Shown here one piece after another: positions 1 to 8,019 of a stretch of DNA of 21,391 nucleotides (the first letter of the stretch is position 1; the number at the start of each line of letters is the position of its first letter). Source of the stretch: Bdellovibrio sp. (GTDB lineage: Bacteria; Bdellovibrionota; Bdellovibrionia; Bdellovibrionales; Bdellovibrionaceae); the NCBI GenBank assembly GCA_046318155.1, contig JBKCUU010000033.1, forward strand, positions 1 to 21,391, read 5' to 3'. A program made the position numbers and the translations under genes. A model generated the notes under the pieces. The model was not told the DNA's origin and did not search any database. It saw only the letters and a list, made by a program, of their open reading frames with translations.

Positions 1-82
1 TTTTCGAGTACTTAATTTTGTAGCCAGAATGGACAAGACAAAGGCGCCTTTATTTATGCGTTAGTAAATAACGGAGTCCTAA

Positions 83-304
83 ATGACAAAAATCAAAGCC
101 AAAACCTCTGCCAAAGAAACAAAAACGACGACGACAAAGACGCCAACAACCAAAACAACCAAAACAACCAAAACGATGGCGGCAAGAGCCGCGACTGAAA
201 AAAAAGGCAAAGGACCAAAAAAAGTAACGCTGGCCGCTCGCTTTGCGAACTTGAAAAAAACGATGAAAGCACAGATCGCAAAAATCAAGCTGCCAGCGCT
301 TTGA
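83..304 (+). CDS. small Lys/Thr/Ala-rich basic protein (histone H1-like composition), 73 aa
   Basis: ATG at 83 preceded by GGAG (73-76). Translation is dominated by K/T/A with only two acidic residues and contains TTK repeats. Confidence 0.7.
   Translation: MTKIKAKTSAKETKTTTTKTPTTKTTKTTKTMAARAATEKKGKGPKKVTLAARFANLKKTMKAQIAKIKLPAL
146..172 (+). repeat. 3 x 9-bp tandem repeat ACAACCAAA encoding (TTK)3
   Basis: Exact in-frame copies at 146-154, 155-163 and 164-172. Confidence 0.85.
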
Positions 305-476
305 AAATCAGAAATACTCTTGCCCGACCTCCCTTGAGGCGAGCGTGTGGATTTGGGATTGCGTGTTATAAGTGACTTGCTCTAGATTTAAGAGCCAAAC
401 TCGACCCTGGCTAAGATATAGCTTTTTAGTTTATTTTTCGTGGTCTTTTTTGTTTTCCTGCCCCTATACTCAGGCA

Positions 477-1706
477 ATGAAAATCGCCCCCCTACATCCG
501 CGTGAACCCGAACGACTTGAGGCTCTTGAAGCGCTCGATATCCTGGACTCGATGCCCGAGCAGGACTTTGATGAGATCACCCTCTTGGCCTCCCAGATTT
601 GCGAGACTCCGATCGCTCTAGTTTCATTGGTCGCCGAGCAGAAGCAGTGGTTTAAATCGAAAGTAGGTCTGACAACAACGGAGACCCCCAGGAAGGTTTC
701 CTTTTGTGCCCATGCCATTCTTCAAGACGAGGTGACGGTGGTGCAGGACGCACCAAAAGATGAGCGCTTTCATGAAAACCCACTAACAACCGGCGACACC
801 CCTATTCGGTTCTATGCCGGTGCACGACTGCTGTCGCCGCAAGGATTGCCGATTGGCACCGTTTGTGTGATGGATACACAGCCGCGCGAAAACGGACTGA
901 GTGCCCGCCAAGCCTGGGCGCTCAAAGCCCTGTCGAACCAAGCGACTCGCCTTCTCGACTTGCGAGCCCAAGTCAAAATACTCAAAGAATCCGAAGCCAG
1001 GCTCACCGAGGCTTCGAGGTTATCGGCACTGGGGTTGATGGCCGTCGGAATCGCCCATGAAATCAATAATCCCTTAAGCATCATTACCGGGCGAGCCAGC
1101 CTGCTTCGAAGTAAAATCACATCAAATTCCATCGGCACAGAAGCCATTTTAAAAGATCTTGAAACCATCAATCTGACAGCTCATCGCATTGCTAAAATCG
1201 TGAAGGGCTTGCGCATGTATTCACGCAAAGCCGAAAATGATCCCACCGAGCCAGTCTCGTTTTCATCGATCTTAGAGGATACGCTCAATCTTTGCTCGGA
1301 TCGAGTCAAGGGCCATGGTATTGAGCTTCAGGTCACCGGAGACCAAGCGATGACCCTCGATTGTCGACCTTCTGAAGTTGCCCAAATTCTCATGAACCTG
1401 ATCGGCAACTCGTTTGATGCCGTTCATGCTCAGAGCGAAAAGTGGATTCGCATCCACGTCGAGCTCAAAGGCAAGGACCTGCAGGTCTCGGTCTCTGATA
1501 GCGGACCTGGGATTTCGGCGGAGGTGGCAAAAAAATTAATGCACCCCTTTTTCACAACAAAAGAACTTGGCAACGGAACAGGTCTGGGCCTCGCCATTTC
1601 TCTTGGAATTGCAAAAGCGCACGGCGGCCACCTCGCCTATGACTCGGCCCAGAAAAATACGACCTTCGTTTTGACCTTACCCTGTCACGCTTTTAGACAG
1701 GCCTGA
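477..1706 (+). CDS. GAF-domain sensor histidine kinase (GAF-HisKA-HATPase_c), 409 aa
   Basis: GAF signature (EPERLEAL..LDILDS..EQDFDEIT.LASQICETPIALVSLV..QWFKS..FCAHAI..RFYAGA), H-box AHEINNPL, N-box QILMNLIGNSFDA, G1 DSGPGI, F-box PFFTTK, G2 GTGLGLAIS. Start moved from 372 to ATG 477 because it aligns with the start of the paralog at 16394. Confidence 0.93.
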   Translation: MKIAPLHPREPERLEALEALDILDSMPEQDFDEITLLASQICETPIALVSLVAEQKQWFKSKVGLTTTETPRKVSFCAHAILQDEVTVVQDAPKDERFHENPLTTGDTPIRFYAGARLLSPQGLPIGTVCVMDTQPRENGLSARQAWALKALSNQATRLLDLRAQVKILKESEARLTEASRLSALGLMAVGIAHEINNPLSIITGRASLLRSKITSNSIGTEAILKDLETINLTAHRIAKIVKGLRMYSRKAENDPTEPVSFSSILEDTLNLCSDRVKGHGIELQVTGDQAMTLDCRPSEVAQILMNLIGNSFDAVHAQSEKWIRIHVELKGKDLQVSVSDSGPGISAEVAKKLMHPFFTTKELGNGTGLGLAISLGIAKAHGGHLAYDSAQKNTTFVLTLPCHAFRQA

Positions 1707-1792
1707 AGAAACTCTCTGGTTTGATTCAGCCCTGACGACCCGCTATATTTGCGTTCAGCAATCGGGTAAAACAAGGCAGACCAGGAGGCCTT

Positions 1793-3262
1793 GTGATTCT
1801 CTTTAAACCAACCTTGATACTGAGCCTGCTTTTCATTTGCGGTCTGACCGCTTGCAACTCGTCAGCACCAACTGGTTCAGCTTTGCATATCGGCAATCTT
1901 GATGAGTCCTTGCGCTTCCAAAGTGTGGCTTCGCAAACACCACGCCAATCCCTTGGTGAGCAACGCGAACTCCTCAATCAAGTCGGAAAGCTACTGACTC
2001 AAACAATGCTCGAATGCCCTTCGCAAATTTGGCCCTCCTATGACTGGCGTCAAATCAATGTCATCATGACGGTGCAAGATCAAGTCGCCTTCATTTGGCG
2101 CGGGCAAGCCGGTGGCCAAATGACCGAGCTTCCTCTTTCGTCGGTTCCGCCGCAAGCCACACGCGGCACCTATAGTTTTTTTGAATACGAAGGTTCAAAG
2201 ACAGTTTCTTTTCTGCTCGAGAAAGACGAACGCTACTTCACGACCGTGCAAGCCATCTTTCGTTTGATCGTTCACGAAGGTTTTCATTACCATGGCCAAG
2301 CCGGCTGGAAACGAAAAGAAGGCGCACAAAGAACGACACTTGTCCCGCTAGATCCTGCGCCGCGCTTTTATCGGCACATGATGTTTCGCCGGATGAAAGA
2401 GCATTTCATTTCAAGCCAAAGCGACACCAGCTCACTGCGCAAAGCCGCATTTTGGTTCCAAAAATGGAAGACCGAAAGCCCGCACGAGTTGCCAGCAAGC
2501 ACCGATGGTTATGAGGGAACGGCCCGGTATGCGGATGTGATGGCCTCGCTGATTTCTGCAGTTGGCTGCCAAATGAGCGAGGAGAAGCTGCAGCAAAAAG
2601 CGGTGGCTCGCGCGAGCGATCCTGCTTTTTATGAATTTGTCGAAAGCACACAGACCAGCTTGGACTCAGAGGGTTATAGCATGGGCAATCTGGCGGCTTT
2701 AATTTTACGCTTTAATCAAAAAAATAGGGATTGGCAGGAGCGAGTGCAAAAGGCCGAGACGCCAGTTGAAATTCTTTTTGAAAGCATCTCTCCTGAAACA
2801 GACCATCCTGACATTGATCTTGAAAAGTCTTACCTCGCGGCCACCCAAGCCTCGAACATAAAAATCATGAGCATGATCGACGCGGATCTTCAGCTTTTGA
2901 AAAAACAAGATTCGATCCTGATCGCTCCTTCTTATGAATCCAATTCGGGCTCCAAGGGCTACCAAGGCTTCTTCACACCTCGCGCGATGCCCGAGGTGAT
3001 TTTTGGGCCCTGGACGAGCCCTGTGACTTTTCAAACAAAAGCGTGGTCACTGACCGCCGAAGCCGGAAAAGCGGATCTGATAATAAGCACTCCCTCCCCT
3101 TGCTGGGGAGTGGCACACGTGGTCGTGATGGATGCGGCAGACTTGCAGTTGACCGAAGGGTGGCTGGAGGCTTCTGGCTCCGGACTTCAGGGGCGCATGC
3201 CCGGAGAGCTCAAAACCGATTCAAATGGACGCCGCTGGTTTTGCGGACAATCGGCAGATTGA
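1793..3262 (+). CDS. lipoprotein, putative zinc metallopeptidase (HExxH plus downstream E), 489 aa
   Basis: AGGAGG RBS before GTG. Hydrophobic N-terminus with lipobox LTA-C. RLIVHEGFH motif and a downstream YEGTARY third-ligand-like motif. Confidence 0.7.
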   Translation: MILFKPTLILSLLFICGLTACNSSAPTGSALHIGNLDESLRFQSVASQTPRQSLGEQRELLNQVGKLLTQTMLECPSQIWPSYDWRQINVIMTVQDQVAFIWRGQAGGQMTELPLSSVPPQATRGTYSFFEYEGSKTVSFLLEKDERYFTTVQAIFRLIVHEGFHYHGQAGWKRKEGAQRTTLVPLDPAPRFYRHMMFRRMKEHFISSQSDTSSLRKAAFWFQKWKTESPHELPASTDGYEGTARYADVMASLISAVGCQMSEEKLQQKAVARASDPAFYEFVESTQTSLDSEGYSMGNLAALILRFNQKNRDWQERVQKAETPVEILFESISPETDHPDIDLEKSYLAATQASNIKIMSMIDADLQLLKKQDSILIAPSYESNSGSKGYQGFFTPRAMPEVIFGPWTSPVTFQTKAWSLTAEAGKADLIISTPSPCWGVAHVVVMDAADLQLTEGWLEASGSGLQGRMPGELKTDSNGRRWFCGQSAD

Positions 3263-3318
3263 ATCGAAGGAACCAGTCACCGCCTGGGCTTTTCAACAAA
3301 GTCACTCACTGGTCTTTT

Positions 3319-3579
3319 TTAATCAAAGATCTCTTCGAGAAACGACTTTTTACGTTTGTAGGGCTTATGATGCGAGCCCGAATTTGAGTCTCGGCTGTAA
3401 GACGAGTCTCGCGAATCTGCTCGGTGTTGGGGCTCGTCAGAACGGATCGACTTTTCTAAAATCTTATCGAGTTCTCCCCGGTCGAGCCAAATGCCGCGGC
3501 ACTCGGGGCAATAATCAATCTCGATTCCTTGCCGTTCAGAGAGAACTAAACTGGGATCCTTACAGGCCGGACATTTCAT
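3319..3579 (-). CDS. zf-TFIIB-type zinc-ribbon protein, 86 aa
   Basis: MKCPAC...ERQGIEIDYCPECRGIWLDRGELDKI and C-terminal KKKSFLEEIFD are typical of this family. AGGAG RBS precedes ATG 3579. Confidence 0.9.
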   Translation of the reverse strand: MKCPACKDPSLVLSERQGIEIDYCPECRGIWLDRGELDKILEKSIRSDEPQHRADSRDSSYSRDSNSGSHHKPYKRKKSFLEEIFD

Positions 3580-3692
3580 ACGCAACTCCTTCTTAATAAA
3601 TGTTGATCGTACCTCAGGAATCGCTTAACGAGTCATCGATAAATGAACACAAGATCTTTGCTTCAAGCGATGTTTAGTGTAGACCGGAAGTG

Positions 3693-4640
3693 ATGAACCA
3701 TCTCGGACACTTTGACCTGATTATCCTCTTTTTTGTGCTGGGAGTCTTTGCGTCTTGGATTCGATCCGACTTGCAAATTCCAGAAGCCATCTCAAAATTT
3801 TTGTCGATTTTTTTGCTTCTTGCACTGGGCCTTAAAGGCGGACACGAAGTGCGTATTGCCGAGAGCTTGATAGGATTTTTTCCGACGGTGACGCTGGGGC
3901 TCTTGTCCTGCTTTGCTCTCCCCGCGCTGATGTTCTTTTTAGCAAAAGCAAAGGTGGGCATTGCGAACGCCGCCGCCTTGGCGGCCTCTTATGGGTCGGT
4001 CAGTGCCGTCACGTTTATCACCGCTCAGGGCATTTTAGAGAACCAAGGCGTGCCGTTTAGCGGATATATGGTTGCCGTGATGGCTATCATGGAAATCCCG
4101 GCCATCTTGGTCGCGGTTTATCTCTATCAAGATTTTTCAATCAAGCAGCAAAAAGACAAGCCCATTTTTTGGGCTATTTTCTCGGCGAAGTCTGTTGTTC
4201 TTTTGTTGGGTGGCTTTTTGATTGGCCTGGCCATGAACGACAAGTCTTGGACAGGAATCGCGCCGTTTATCCAGGGCTCCTTCAAAGGTCTTCTTGTTTT
4301 TTTCTTGCTTGATCTGGGGATCGTGGCCCAAACGCAGCTCCGCGAAGCCTGGCGCTTTAAGTTTTACATTCTCCCGGTCGCGGCTTTGTTCCCGTTGCTT
4401 TGCGGATCTGCTGCCGTGCTGATTGGACATTTTATTGGAATCGAAAGAGGGGATCTTGTTTTGCTCGCGACTCTCATCGGGAGCGCGTCTTACATTGCGG
4501 CTCCAGCCGCGATTCGCGCCTCGATCCCCTCTGCAAATCCAGGCCTGTACATGGCTCTTCCTTTGGCCCTCACCTTTCCGATGAACCTTGTTTTTGGAAT
4601 TCCTTTTTATCTGGGTCTTAGTCAGTGGCTGTCTCTGTGA
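3693..4640 (+). CDS. sbtA: sodium-dependent bicarbonate transporter family permease (SbtA-like)
   Basis: About 10 hydrophobic segments. Motifs RSDLQIPEAISKFLSIFLLLALGLKGG, AASYGSVSAVTF, MEIPAI, SASYIAAPAA and LTFPMNL. Start is either GTG 3690 or ATG 3693. Confidence 0.9.
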   Translation: MNHLGHFDLIILFFVLGVFASWIRSDLQIPEAISKFLSIFLLLALGLKGGHEVRIAESLIGFFPTVTLGLLSCFALPALMFFLAKAKVGIANAAALAASYGSVSAVTFITAQGILENQGVPFSGYMVAVMAIMEIPAILVAVYLYQDFSIKQQKDKPIFWAIFSAKSVVLLLGGFLIGLAMNDKSWTGIAPFIQGSFKGLLVFFLLDLGIVAQTQLREAWRFKFYILPVAALFPLLCGSAAVLIGHFIGIERGDLVLLATLIGSASYIAAPAAIRASIPSANPGLYMALPLALTFPMNLVFGIPFYLGLSQWLSL

Positions 4641-4769
4641 TTTTGGGAGCTATCCTCTGAGACCAAACTCAGATTGCCGTTTTCTTTAATCACGGGTTTC
4701 AACAAACTTTTCAGCCTTACTCGCGCAAGAGACCAGAAGACGTTCATAGTTTATTCAGGGATGGCTTTG

Positions 4770-4784
4770 TTCTCAAAATGAGAC
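4770..4784. promoter_or_regulatory. dyad TCTCA-AAA-TGAGA, candidate activator/repressor site
   Basis: TTCTCAAAATGAGAC, about 90 bp upstream of the sigma54-like motif at 4873. Confidence 0.4.
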
Positions 4785-4872
4785 AACCACCTGGACGCAC
4801 AAAAAAGATTGATCAGTTGCTACTAAGTTTGACAACTGGAGTTCTCCCTTATTGGTTCTATAGCCTTTCGTA

Positions 4873-4888
4873 AGGCAGCTGGATTGCT
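4873..4888 (+). promoter_or_regulatory. sigma54-like promoter (-24/-12)
   Basis: AGGCAGCTGGATTGCT fits GG-N10-GC with TTGC at -12 and ends 14 bp before ATG 4903. Confidence 0.45.
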
Positions 4889-4902
4889 CTCTAGAGCTCA
4901 CA

Positions 4903-6024
4903 ATGACACTCAAGTTGCTTAACAAAAATATTCATTCGGCTAAACACTGGATTCTGTGTCTTTTCGTTTGGGGCCTCCAGGCATCTGCGGCAGCAAGTCC
5001 CGCCGAACTCGCCTTTGAACTTGAATTCACCAGCGAAAAAATTGAATTGGGTTCAAAGAATCAAGACGCTGGAATTGTCGACTCAACGGCTCAGTACCGA
5101 GCTCAAACCTATTTTAAAAAACAAATTGAGCGAAAATGCTCTGATTGCAAGATCCAAGAACTCAAAGATAAGTACGGAGTTCGAAAGTATCGTGTTTTCC
5201 CCCGACCAGATTGGTATTTTGAGATTACCTTAGATCCAGGAATTCTCGAAATTACCTCGTCACGCATTTCGAATGTGGCCGAAATCGAACCAGAATTACA
5301 GCGTTTGATTTGGGACACGGCCGATAGCCTCAAGATGACTTTTGATACGGCCGGGCACTTAAATTTTGGAGTTGAATCGACGTTCGGTCAAGACACTCGG
5401 TTGTTCCGAAATTTCTACATTGATTTTCTAAATAACGTTGGGCTGTCTGAAGGAATTCTGGGCTATCGAGATCTGATCAATGCTCCGCACCCAGAGCGCC
5501 TTAAAGAGCAACAAAGACTAAATCTCAAGGAACTTGCGCGAGACTTTGATTCGAGTAAGCATTCGATCCAAGACTTCGCCGCCCAGGTTCAAGCAAAAGT
5601 TTATTTCGATTTTGCCCCTGGCTTCCCGATTTCTCGCGACGGGGGCGACAAGTCCGAAAAATTTCAATCTGCGAACATGACGTCAATTGCTGAAGAAAAG
5701 AACCCTTGGCCTAGACTTGAACTCAGAAGTATTCCCATGCAGCGTAGCGCCCGGGAACTACGTCTTTTGCATCAGTTGTTTGTGGCAAGAATCGAGTACT
5801 TAAAAAAATTCTCAGGTCATGTCGCTTACGATGGTGCTCGTAAAATCAATTCTTCAAAAGCAGCGATGATTGAAGATTTCTATCGCTACGTGACTGAGTC
5901 GGGACTTCGCTGGGAAGACTACCGACACTGGCCAGAGCGAACCTATGGATTCAAAACTGCACTGAAAGATTTTGAAAAAACAATCCCTCGCAGAGGCCTG
6001 AGCTGCAAAGTTGTGTATCACTGA
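4903..6024 (+). CDS. exported protein with amidoligase / glutamate-cysteine-ligase-like (COOH-NH2 ligase) motifs, 373 aa
   Basis: Signal peptide ending ASAAA, then FELEF (ExE), DPGILEIT, AGHLNFG, ANMT and RLELRS in the order expected for the GS/GCS2/Amidoligase_2 fold. Confidence 0.6.
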   Translation: MTLKLLNKNIHSAKHWILCLFVWGLQASAAASPAELAFELEFTSEKIELGSKNQDAGIVDSTAQYRAQTYFKKQIERKCSDCKIQELKDKYGVRKYRVFPRPDWYFEITLDPGILEITSSRISNVAEIEPELQRLIWDTADSLKMTFDTAGHLNFGVESTFGQDTRLFRNFYIDFLNNVGLSEGILGYRDLINAPHPERLKEQQRLNLKELARDFDSSKHSIQDFAAQVQAKVYFDFAPGFPISRDGGDKSEKFQSANMTSIAEEKNPWPRLELRSIPMQRSARELRLLHQLFVARIEYLKKFSGHVAYDGARKINSSKAAMIEDFYRYVTESGLRWEDYRHWPERTYGFKTALKDFEKTIPRRGLSCKVVYH

Positions 6025-6049
6025 TCGAACAATGGCCCTCGATAAACAC

Positions 6050-6172
6050 TCAAGGACCACGAACAATTTCGTTGGTGCTGGTGACATGGTAATCGAGAAA
6101 AAGATGGCTTTGTTTTTCTTGAATTGCAGCCTTCGTGAGCTTTTCTTCACAAGCTGCATCAATTTGATCCAT
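6050..6172 (-). CDS. candidate small protein, 40 aa (MDQIDAACEEKLTKAAIQEKQSHLFLDYHVTSTNEIVRGP)
   Basis: GAGGT RBS 3 nt before ATG 6172. Fills an otherwise empty intergenic gap and is below the ORF-track size cut-off. Confidence 0.35.
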   Translation of the reverse strand: MDQIDAACEEKLTKAAIQEKQSHLFLDYHVTSTNEIVRGP

Positions 6173-6326
6173 GTTACCTCACCGGGCAGCTATGAAAAAA
6201 ACGTTTCTTGATGAAATCTCGATGCTTCACGTTTCAAAAATGTAAAACTTTTTATTCTCAATGTTCCTAATGCCTGAAAATCCCTGTCATCAAATGGAAG
6301 TATTGTCGCGCGACGCCCTATCGGTC

Positions 6327-6355
6327 TTGAAAATTGACAATCCGGCGGGTATACA
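6327..6355 (+). promoter_or_regulatory. possible sigma70 promoter
   Basis: TTGAAA-N17-TATACA upstream of ATG 6399. Confidence 0.3.
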
Positions 6356-6398
6356 CAATGTTTTGTCCGCCATGGAATCTTTCAATGAAAGGTAAGCG

Positions 6399-6947
6399 AT
6401 GGGTCAACTTTTTTGGTACTGCGGCCATTCTCTGCGGGTTATTTGGGGACTGGCCCTTTGTGTCTTGATCAGTGGGCAGGTCTTCGCGCAAGAACGTGTG
6501 CCTCTCAAGTTTGATCATCAAGTGCAGTCCTGCGCGCGCCACGATCTGATTTGGACGGATCTGGAGCGGGCCTTGGTGGATTCAGAAGATTCAAAGATTT
6601 GGCCGTCACAGCTTTCAAGCGTCACGGGCCGAGCCCAATTGGGGGCGGTGATTTCGGTCACCTACGGAAACGGCTGGTTTGCCCCCACCTATACCTACAA
6701 CCTGACTGAATATGGAACGGGAGTTTTTCGCTATGAAGCTCGGGCCGACCATCCCTTTGTGGGCGGAGCCCGCGTCAGCGTTCTGCCGTCGGCCGATGGT
6801 CGCGGCAGCATTTTAAAATGGGATGGACTGTACTTGATCGAGGCCAACGACGAGCGGGGCCGCCGATATTTCAAATCGTTCAGCGCTAATTTTTTCGCCG
6901 CCCTCGATAGCAATCTCAAGCTTTTTGAATCGGATTCCTGCAATTGA
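6399..6947 (+). CDS. exported hypothetical protein, possibly SRPBCC/START-like fold, 182 aa
   Basis: AAGGT RBS and signal peptide ending VFA-Q. Pattern IW..L...WP, GAVISVTY, beta-strand-like segments and an amphipathic C-terminal helix. Confidence 0.6.
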   Translation: MGQLFWYCGHSLRVIWGLALCVLISGQVFAQERVPLKFDHQVQSCARHDLIWTDLERALVDSEDSKIWPSQLSSVTGRAQLGAVISVTYGNGWFAPTYTYNLTEYGTGVFRYEARADHPFVGGARVSVLPSADGRGSILKWDGLYLIEANDERGRRYFKSFSANFFAALDSNLKLFESDSCN

Positions 6948-7023
6948 ACGGACTATTTGATGAGCACGCTCTCTTCAATGATTCTAATGTCTTCGTCTTT
7001 CTGACTCCATTTGGAGGTTGTCG

Positions 7024-8019
7024 ATGAGCGAACCTCTCTTTGTCGAGATCGTGCGAGGACTCTCTGTGGAGAGTGTTCATCTTGTCGATGCGGTTGTCGT
7101 GAACAACATGGGCGAAGTCTTGACGGCTTATGGTGATCCCACCCTCGCCGTTTATCCTCGGTCCGCGATCAAGCCTCTGCAGGCTCTTCCGTTTGTGCTC
7201 TCGAAAGCTTTCGAGTCCTTGCAACACCACGATCAAGTGATTGCCTTGGCTTGCGCCTCCCACCATGCCGAAGCTCAACATCTAGAGGTGTTGCTCGATT
7301 GGCAGCAGAAATCGCTTTTGCAGGAGTCAGACTTGATCTGCGGTCCGCAGCCTCCTGAAGATGAGCAGGCGCTGCACGACTTGGTTCGCCACCGTCAGTT
7401 GCCGACTCGGCTGCACAACAACTGTTCGGGCAAACACACGGCCTTCTTGATGGCCTGCCGGGCCCATCAGTGGCCCTCCCAGGGCTATCAGCACTGGGAT
7501 CATCCACTTCAAGTCGAGATTCGTCGCCTCCTCACCCAGTTCTCTGGCGTTCAGCATGATCAGCTCCCGTGGGGGATTGATGGTTGCGGGATTCCCACTT
7601 ATAGCCTGGAGTTAAGGGCGCTCGCGCGGATGATGTCGGCCTTCTTGCGGCCCGATCACTACGGCGCAAACTTAAGTTGGGGTCTGCAAAGAATCCGCGA
7701 AGCTTGTGCCCGCCAGCCTTGGATGATTGGTGGGCGCACCTCGCTTTGCAGTCAAGTGGGTCTGTTATCTCAGGGGAGCATCCTCGCCAAAATAGGAGCC
7801 GAGGGGGTCTATAGTGCCGTTCTCTTTGACGAAGGCACAGCCATCAGCCTAAAGGCCCGAGACGGTGGGTCTCGCGCCTGCGAGGCGGCTCTCGCGGCGT
7901 TGCTACGCAAGCATTCAACTCTCAAACCCGAGATCTTGTCCGAGATTGAAACGTTTGCCTGTCCGCCGATTCTGAATTGGGCGGGAGAGACGGTCGGTCA
8001 TACCAAAGTCCGGCTCTAA
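7024..8019 (+). CDS. L-asparaginase II (Rhizobium etli AnsA-type, class 3), 331 aa
   Basis: GGAGG RBS. Motifs RG..VES.H, YPRSAIKPLQA, LACASH, HNNCSGKH, GIDGCGIP, KIGAEGV and DGGSRA. Confidence 0.92.
   Translation: MSEPLFVEIVRGLSVESVHLVDAVVVNNMGEVLTAYGDPTLAVYPRSAIKPLQALPFVLSKAFESLQHHDQVIALACASHHAEAQHLEVLLDWQQKSLLQESDLICGPQPPEDEQALHDLVRHRQLPTRLHNNCSGKHTAFLMACRAHQWPSQGYQHWDHPLQVEIRRLLTQFSGVQHDQLPWGIDGCGIPTYSLELRALARMMSAFLRPDHYGANLSWGLQRIREACARQPWMIGGRTSLCSQVGLLSQGSILAKIGAEGVYSAVLFDEGTAISLKARDGGSRACEAALAALLRKHSTLKPEILSEIETFACPPILNWAGETVGHTKVRL

Noticed and set aside
79..288. Hydrophobic minus-strand ORFs (79-288, 93-281) that look like membrane peptides
   Set aside because: They are the antisense shadow of the K/T-rich ORF 83-304, which has the RBS.
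372..476. Hydrophobic N-terminal extension of the GAF kinase
   Set aside because: It arises from a T-rich promoter region. The paralog at 16394 starts at the position equivalent to ATG 477.
4656..4673. Inverted repeat TCTGAG-N6-CTCAGA after sbtA as a terminator
   Set aside because: Short 6-bp stem with no adjacent U-tract, so too weak to call.
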